The notes under the pieces are model-generated. The model searched no databases. It worked only from the letters and a program-made list of their open reading frames with translations, and was not told the DNA's origin. From assembly GCF_006345805.1 (NCBI RefSeq), contig NC_043008.1:64046001-64110000 (forward strand): a stretch of 64,000 nt of DNA, read 5' to 3'. How positions within the stretch are numbered: position 1 is the stretch's first letter; every line of letters begins with the position of its first letter. Positions 55,720-64,000 of the stretch are shown here, piece by piece. The position numbers were made by a program, and so were the translations under genes. Origin of the DNA: Octopus sinensis. Lineage: Eukaryota.

Positions 55720-56840
55720 ATTGTTGTTGTTATGAAGGCAGTGATCTGGCAAAATCATTAGCATGCTGGGCAAAATGCTCAGTGGCATTTCATCTGTCAG
55801 CACATTCCAAGTTCAAATTCTACCAAGATTGAATTTGCTTTTCATCCTCATGGGGGTCAATAAAATAAGTACCAGTTTAGCACTGAGGTCGATGTAATTG
55901 ACTTACCCTCTCTACTGAAATTGCTGGCCTTGTGTCAAAATTTGAGACAATTGTTATTAATGTGGTAGGGTGGTAAAATATTTGTTATTATTAATGTGGC
56001 GAGAGGTGGCAAGCTGGCAGAATTGTTAGTGTGCTGGAGGAATTGCTTAGCGGCGTTTCGCCCATCACTATGTTCTGGGTTCAAATTCCACCAAGGTCGA
56101 CTTTGCCTTTCATCCTTTTGGGATTGATAAATTAAGTACCAGTGAAACACTGGCATTGATGTAATTGACTAGTGCCCCTCCGCCCACAAATTTTGAGGTC
56201 TTGTGCCTCCAGTAGAAAGGATTGTTAATGTGGTGAGCATTCCACTGGGGTCGACTTTGCCTTTCATCTTTTCAGGGTCAATAAATTAAGTACCTGTTGA
56301 GCACTAGGGTCGATGTAATCGACTAGTCCCCTCTTCCGAAATTTCAGGTCTTTTGTCTTCAGTAGAAAGGATTATCAATGTGATGAGCAAGCAGAACTGT
56401 TAGGGTGTCAGAAAAGATGTTTTGTGGTATTTTTTACGACTCCTTACAGTCTGAGTTCAAACCCCACCATGGTCGACTTCCCCTTTCAGCCTTCCTGGTT
56501 AATAAAATAAAGTACCTACCAAGTATTTGGACTGATGGTATTGAGTAAACAACCCTATCAAAATTGCTGGTCTTTTGCCAAAATTAGAGAGAGTTGTTAT
56601 TACTATTGTGTTAAGGCAATAAGCTGGCGGAATCATTAGTATGCTGGGCGAAATGCTTAGCAGCATTTCATGTATCTATAAGTTCTGAGTTCAAATTCTG
56701 TTGAGGTCGATTGTGTCTTTTATCCTTTCATGGTTGATAAAATAAGTACCAGTTGAATACTGAGGTCAATGTAATCAACTTGCCTCATCCTCAAAATTGC
56801 TGGCTTTGTGCTAAAATTTGAAACCAATATTATCCTGCTT
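55720..56840 (+). mobile_element. Cluster of about five family-A-related SINE copies
   Basis: Repeated gagttcaaattc...ggtcgactttgcctttcatcc...aagtaccagt modules. Confidence 0.85.
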
Positions 56841-58939
56841 TTAAAATAAAGTACTTTTCATAAAATTGCATCAGTGTAATTGACCAATCCCCTCCCCCAT
56901 CAAATTGCTGGACTTGTGCCAAAATTTGAGACAATATGCCATGTAAAAAAATCTTGTCAAGGTCAAAGGTGACATTTCTTCTTTCAAGGTCAATGAAATA
57001 GTTTTGTGTTTATTGCCTATAATCTCTTCCAGATATACTGTACATCATTAGGAAACATATAAGCCTACACATACATATTCAGATACAGAGTCAACATTGG
57101 TGGGCCTTAAGTTACTTAGTACCCTTTTATTTTAACCATCATTATATTATAGTTCTAAACATGAATTCACTTCATGTTTATTGAACGCTTTTGTTAAGAG
57201 TCTAAGACGTGTATGAGTGTGTGTGAGTGTGTGTATGTGTGTGTGTATGTACATGAGCATGTGTGTGTGTGTGTCTGAGTATGTATCTTTATACTGTTGA
57301 ACAAAGGTAACGACAATGATGCACATATATAGATCACCTCCATTGCTGCCAAGCATATCAAAGTATATTTAGCCCACTTCAAAGCATTCTGTTTTGTTTT
57401 ATATCTTTTATGTCATCAATGAAGTCACCATTCCAAACCATGTTACATTGATTTTATTTTATCACTGGCTGAAAATCATTTGCTCTTTCCTCTTAGTTAA
57501 GGTAATTTTTATTCACATTCTTCTGTTCTATAAAGCATTTTCAGTTTCTATCAGAAGTTCCCCTACCACAGTCTTGTTGTTGTTAATTCCAGTGTCAGCC
57601 AGACATGATATTACAGATCTAGCCACAAATGGATGGCCTTCTATTTTTGCAGCCTGTTTGTTATATGACAGCTTTATTCTTCACTTGTTTCCTCAAATTC
57701 TTTTTAAAGAAGATACTTTCTTTCATGATTCTACATAGGTTACCATCATCTAGTACAGGAGTGTTTTCCTCTTGTCAAAGTGAAACCTGCTCTAAGATTT
57801 TACTCTCTGGCATTGTTCCATTATTACATTGTAGAATATAAGGACATTTGTTAAGATATCACAAAGAGCTTTCACTTACAACATTGATGTATTAATATTG
57901 GTTTTCTGTTACTTTTGTTCTTGTATGAGTTTTCGACACCTTCAGTGAGTAAACAACAGAGTTTTGTTTGGTTGTTCGTTCTTGAGCCATGCCTGGCTCA
58001 TAAGGGCTGGTTTCCCAGTTTCATTGGCATATGGGTTCCCCAACTGGATGGGATGCCTGTCCATTGCAGGTGAGCTGCTAGATGCAGGAGGAAAGAGTGA
58101 GAGAAAGTTATGGTGAAAGAGTCAGCAGATGTTTGCCATCACCTTCTGCTGGAGCCTATGGAGTTTAGGTGTTTCACTCATAAACACACACATCACCCAT
58201 CTGAGATTCAAACCCACAATCCCTTGGCGGCAAGTGTCCACTGCTCTAACCACTAGGCCATGTGCCAGAGTATAATATGTCAATTCTGTTTTCATTGACT
58301 AGATTGCATTGCAGTTTGTTGCATTCTGGAGATGCTGATAATATTACGTGTTTATTTTCTGCAAAGAATGACATGCATGCAGTCAGATTATGCACCAATG
58401 ATGCATACCCCATCATAATTATAGTAGACTCCATGTCACCTCATTCCTTCTAATTAAAAGGCTTTTTGGGAAATTGATCTCAGGAAGAAATTTACATTTT
58501 ATTTCACGATAGAATCTTTAACTCTTGAGGATCCATACATACTGGCATCAGAAAGGTGGTTAGTTGGTATGCTAAAAGTAGCAGCAAAATCTCTTTCAAA
58601 TTACACACTACAGACTGAAATAAAGAAAGGGCATATCAGAAAATGAAGAGAGGTTGATCATGGCAAGAATGTATCACAATATAGGTCTGCTCTATCATTG
58701 TTGTTCTGGAGCTAAACAATAACAGCAGAAATATTTTCATGCCTAAAATTTATATGATATTGACTTGTTTATATTATGCCATGTTTATATCATATCATAA
58801 TGTGTATGAGAATAGAATGTTCGTCTGATAAAATGGCAAACATATGTATATATATACATGATCTATTTGTGTCATTTGTTTTTGAAATTCAATTATTTTC
58901 TTGCAACAAGAAAATGTTAATTTCCTTTTATATATATCA

Positions 58940-58983
58940 TCCTCAACAACAACATCATCACCACCACCATCAACATCATCATC

Positions 58984-59015
<32 letters not shown>

Positions 59016-59033
59016 CCTCATCATCATCGTCAC

Positions 59034-59066
<33 letters not shown>

Positions 59067-59118
59067 CATCACCATCATCATCAATATCATCATCATCATC
59101 ATTATCATCATCATCAAT

Positions 59119-59154
<36 letters not shown>

Positions 59155-59213
59155 TTCATCAACATCATCATCATCAACATCAACATCAACATCATCAATA
59201 TCATCATCATCAA

Positions 59214-59266
<53 letters not shown>

Positions 59267-59305
59267 ACATCATCAGCATCAGCATCATCAGCATCATCAT
59301 TATCA
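58940..59305. repeat. (CAT/CAA)n array
   Basis: Directly visible; adjoins an RTE-type 3' end. Confidence 0.95.
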
Positions 59306-59603
59306 TCGTTATTGGTTTAACATACACTTTTCCATGCTAGTGCCGGCGAGATGTGATTTGCTGAGGCAAATTTTCTCTGGCCAGGTGCCTTTTCTGTTTC
59401 CGACCCTTATCAGATTTTTTATGGCTGGTCAGAGAGGGATCATTAGTTTTGCACCTATAAAACACTTAGCTGTATAGGTGACTCATAAGATTTTATCAGG
59501 CCAATAAATCTGGCCAGCCACAACAAACAGCCTTCTAAGTGTTACTGCTCTAATGTTTTAAAGTATGATTCTTTTTGAACATATGAACTACTGACTGATT
59601 ATA

Positions 59604-60864
59604 TAGAGGGCGCATAAGATATTTGAGGACAGGTTTATGTTTATGAAAGAAAACAGATATATAATAATAGATAAGAACTTCATTTATTAAAAATATGAGG
59701 ATAAAAATAAACCTTTTCTATAATGTAATTCAATAAAGCCATCTTCAACAATTGCTTCTATATGAGATCTAAATCATCTACATGCTTTAATCAAGTGGTC
59801 TTGGTTCATTTTAGACATTACTCTGACTGTGGCAGCTTTCAATGAATCTTTGGTGTTATGGGTGTGTTCATTGATCTCTCTCTCTCAACAGCGCTCCACC
59901 TGTAATAGTCCAATGGATTGAGATCAAGGGAATGAGGAAGCCAAATGTTAGGGTTTATACGATCATCAAAATTTTCAACCATCCATTCCTGTGTTACTAG
60001 AGCCATGCGTGATAGTGCAAAGTCTTACTGATACATATACAGCCTTCCATTGCATACACTGTCTATCCAGGGTTTAAAAATTATCTCCAGGACCTCAATG
60101 TAGGCAGCAGAGTTAACCCTAAGGCCTTTTGGAAAGAAGTAAGGAGGCGTCACATGTCCTTCATTCCTGACAACCCCTAAAACCATGATAGTTGCAGGGA
60201 ATTTTGTAAGCATGGAACTTACTTGGAACTTCAGAGGGGTCTGCACATCTTCCATTTCTTCTGTTAACTTTTTGACCTTGGTTGAAGTTTTTCTCGTTTG
60301 AGAAAAACCAAATCAAATCTTATTCTTCTGGATTTCTCATTTTTGTTTAAGAGCCTTTTAGATCTGATGTAGTGATTTTCTTTTGCTTTTTCTGACAAAT
60401 TAACCTTTCCTCATTGTATATAAGACTTATATCTGATGTCTTCGTGGACAACATTTCTGACTCTTCCTTCTGACACATGGGCATATTTTGCAATTAACCT
60501 CATGGACTTTCTAGGATTGTAATTAATGATCTGTTGAACTTGCTGGATAAATTAAAGTGTTCTGATGATTTTGTAGTGTTTAAATTGCTTTTTATCCTTT
60601 TTATACTGGTGATGCATTTCCATCTTCAATCTCTATGTCCTTACAAACTTTGTAGACAAAAGATCTGGAAACTTTAAAAAATTGAGATATTTCTAAATCA
60701 CTATGCTCAGCCTTTACAACTACAATTACAGCATGCCTCTTCATTCCTTGAGTAAGCCGAGTGTCTGCCATTATTATTTTCTGAAACAAAGATTATACAG
60801 AGTTAGCAAAAATACAGCAATGAGCCCCAAAAGGTATGCCCTCAAATACCTTATGCATCTTGTA
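59604..60864 (-). mobile_element. Second DD37D (maT-like) transposon fossil
   Basis: N-terminus MKRHAVIVVVKAEHSDLEISQFFKVSRSFVYKV; core KFPATIMVLGVVRNEGHVTPPYFFPKGLRVNSAAYIEVLE...NIWLPHSLDLNPLDYY. Imperfect TIRs gcataagatatttgagg / cctcaaataccttatgc. Confidence 0.88.
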
Positions 60865-60920
60865 TATATAAATATATATATATTTATATGCATATATATG
60901 TATATATATGTATATACCAT

Positions 60921-61846
60921 CATCATCATCATCGTTTAGCATCCGCTTTCCATGCTAGCATGGATTGGACCGTTCAACTGGGGTCTGGGAAGCCAGAAGG
61001 CTACACCAGGCCCAGTCTGATCTGGCAATGTTTCTACGGCTGGATGCCCTTCCTAACGCCAACCACTCTGTGAGTGTAGTGGATGCTTTTACGTGCCACC
61101 GGCACAGGTGCTGGACGAGGCTGGTGAATGGCCACAATTGGATGGTGTTTTTTTTCATGCCAGGCGAGGCTGGCAACGGCCACGATCAGATGGTACTTTT
61201 TACGTGCCACCAGCACGAGGCCATTTGGGGCGGCGCTGGCAACGGCCACGTTCGGATGGTTTTCTTACGTACCACCAGCACTGGTATCACAGCTGCAATT
61301 TCCATTGATGTTGATCGATTTCGATTTTCACTTGCCTCAACAGATCTTCACAAGTAGAGTTTTGTGTCCCAATAAGGAAAGGTATGCATAAGTGGACTGG
61401 CTACATCCCAGATAGAGGCCACGGGTTATGGTCTCACTTGTCCTGCTGGGTCTTCTCGGCACAGCATATTCCAGAGGTCTAGGTCTCTAGTAATTTCCTT
61501 GGTGAGACCTAAAGTTTGAAGGTCGTGCTTCACCACCTCGTCCCAGGTTTTCCTGGGTCTACCTTTTCCACAGGTTCCCTCAACTGGTAGGGTGTGGCAC
61601 TTTTTCACACAATTATCTTCATCCATTCTCGTCACATGACCATATCAGTGCAAACGTCTCTCTTGCACACCACAACTGATGCTTGTTAGGTCCAACTTTT
61701 CTCTCAAGGTACTTACACTCTGTCGAGTATGAACACTGACATTACACATCCATCGGAGCATACTGGCTTCATTTCTTGCAAGCTTACGCATATCCTCAGC
61801 AGTCACAGCTCATGTTTCACTGCCATGTAGCATGGCTGCTCGTACA
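60921..61846 (-). mobile_element. 5'-truncated RTE LINE (RT C-terminus, 3' UTR with minisatellite, (GAT)n tail)
   Basis: CVRAAMLHGSET*...NEASMLRWMCNV...RRLH*YGHVTRMDEDNCVKKC...GKGRPRKTWDEVVKHDL. Confidence 0.92.
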
Positions 61847-61869
61847 CATATATATATATATATATCATA

Positions 61870-62831
61870 TCTATAAAAGGCACGATGTGTGTGCATGTGT
61901 GTGTACATGATTGTAATTTATGCACGTCCACAAATTAGCATGCATGTCGCTCCAATTTTAGGAGGACATTCGTCAACATCCTACCTGGGTTTTGTTAACT
62001 TATTTTTTTCCCGAGGCACCTGCGGATACAGGTAAAAATCTGTTCTCAGTCATAGCTTTTAGCCATAAAAATATCAGCCATAGCTTTTTGACGGTGTCTA
62101 ACAAAAAAAATAAGATAAAGAAAAGTGGAAGAGAAGCAGTTTCACAGCGTCTAAACAAAAAAAGGGAAAGACAAAGTGAGTGAGAGTGAGAAGGAGACAG
62201 AGAGTAAGTGACGACATTCATAAAAAATATCAGCCATAGCTTTTTGACAGCGTCTAACAAAAAAATAAGATAAATAAAAGTGGAAGAGAAGCAGTTTCAC
62301 AGCGTCTAAACAAAAAAAAAGAGAAAGACAAAGTGAGAGAGAGAGAAAGTGATGACGTTCATAAAAAATAAAATCTAAAATGTTTTGATTTTTCTTAAAC
62401 ACGAGATATAGTGTTCAAATTCAGGATGTTTTTGAAAGACACTATATTTTATAATCAGAGTATATATACTTTCTCACACAACAATTACAATATATTTATT
62501 TTAAATCATTTATTTATTTTAAATCGTTCATCGTTTTGTCCCCCCTCTCTCTCTCACACACATTACTTTGGTTGTGAAAGGGTTTTGTTTTTATTTTACG
62601 CCGAGTAAAAAAGTGTTTTCTTGACAATCCATTTATTTAACAACAAAGAAACAAAGAGGTAGCTAACAATTTGTCAGTGAAGTACACAATATAAAAGGGT
62701 ACAATTTGCAAGGCTTCCACCACACTCCATTTCACGGATCACAAAAAGGGTTTAGTTTGGTTTGAAACAAAGAACTTGATTAGCTTAATAATCGTAACTT
62801 AATCCTGGGCAAGGCCGGGTTATACTGCTAG
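61870..62831 (+). mobile_element. Non-autonomous Helitron with an internal ~155-bp tandem duplication (~62070-62370)
   Basis: A|TCTATAAAAGGC 5' end; subterminal hairpin cctgg-gcaagg-ccggg; CTAG|T 3' end; inserted between A and T. Confidence 0.7.
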
Positions 62832-64000
62832 TACATATATAAATACTAATGGTAAAACAACAAAAGAATGAATGAGACATTCATGTGTGCAAGCTTGTAT
62901 GCAAGTAATATATATATTTTTTGGTGAATGCGTTGGTGAGCATGTGTTTGTTTCAAGTGAGGGTGGATGAGTATAGGCACATGCACGTGGGGGTGCGGGC
63001 ATGCATGTATATGTATGGATATGCATGCTTACGCGATTACTATGAACATTTTTACTCCCTTACCTTTACTCCCTCTCCTTACTTAGCAGTCATTCTAATA
63101 GCTATTTTGTCTTAATAACGGTCAATCACACAGTAATTTCCCTTTGTTTAACGGTCATTTTCATAGCATTTTTTTCAATGGCTTGATAACAGTAGAGAGG
63201 CCAGCATGGGTTTTCCCCCCGACATCCGAAACTCAGAGTTTTATCATGGCTACCGAATAATTGTCACATATTATATTTACAGATATATATATATCAGATT
63301 GGAGTTTGGTACAGCCATCTGGTTCGCCAGACCTCAGTTAAATCATCCAACCCATGCTAGCATGGAAAGCAGACGTTAAACGATGATGATGATGATGATG
63401 ATACATACATACATATATATAAAATTATATAACGAGTGTAGAAATTGATGTTAATCAATAAAAACCAGTGGCTTAGCATATTCAAAAAATCCAAAGATTA
63501 AAAATTATATTACATATAATTTACATGTATATGTATATATATATATGCATATATATACATATATATACATATATATATATATATACGTATCACGTACATA
63601 CATATATACATACTTGTATACATGATTGTGTGTGTTGTGTGTGTGTGTGTGTCTGTGTGTAAACATTTAGAGATAAAAGTAATATATGGCCTTCGTTGCA
63701 ACTAATATATCAATGTTAGATTTATAGAGTTCTTCTTTCTTGAATTGTTTTAAAATTTGTCATTGGGGAGATTCCACACAGAAGTTCATGAACATTTAAA
63801 ATAGATTACATTTTTAAATTAAAACCTACGCCAAAAAGATTAATAGATTATTTCCAGAACAAGTTGGAAGTGAAAGACAATTTACATTGATTTATCTCTG
63901 ATAATTTAATTTACACCAAACTTAATTGCAAGGTCATATCATGGTGTACTCACATATTTAAGCACTATCTGTATCAGTTAAGGAGAAATAAATTTCAAGG

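Noticed and set aside
58776-59477. 233-aa His-rich ORF resembling cephalopod His-rich beak proteins
   Set aside because: It is a (CAT)n microsatellite open in several frames and strands, joined to an RTE 3' end, with no signal peptide or GHG-type repeat structure.

Overview
AT-rich, microsatellite-dense animal DNA that is almost entirely intronic or intergenic. The SINE repertoire closely resembles octopus (coleoid cephalopod) repeats; this is recognition from memory, not a database match. No intact protein-coding gene is evident, and nearly all long ORFs in the track come from microsatellites. Interpretable content: several tRNA-derived SINE families; RTE and CR1/Jockey LINE fragments; a Penelope GIY-YIG remnant; one Tc1 (DD34E-type) and two DD37D transposon fossils; Tc1/mariner MITEs; a deleted Ty3/Gypsy element; a non-autonomous Helitron; a TSD-flanked 28S rRNA fragment; and a 1.36-kb tandem duplication. 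The most notable unexplained signal is a high density of minimal type I hammerhead-ribozyme motifs from at least six sequence families. They occur in spacerless or short-loop palindromes, in a tRNA-headed SINE whose insertions carry Penelope-style inverted 5' copies, and in a chimera with an RTE 3' tail. A few isolated exon-like segments hint at a host gene, one ending in YAFGL-GKR-stop, but no gene could be identified.
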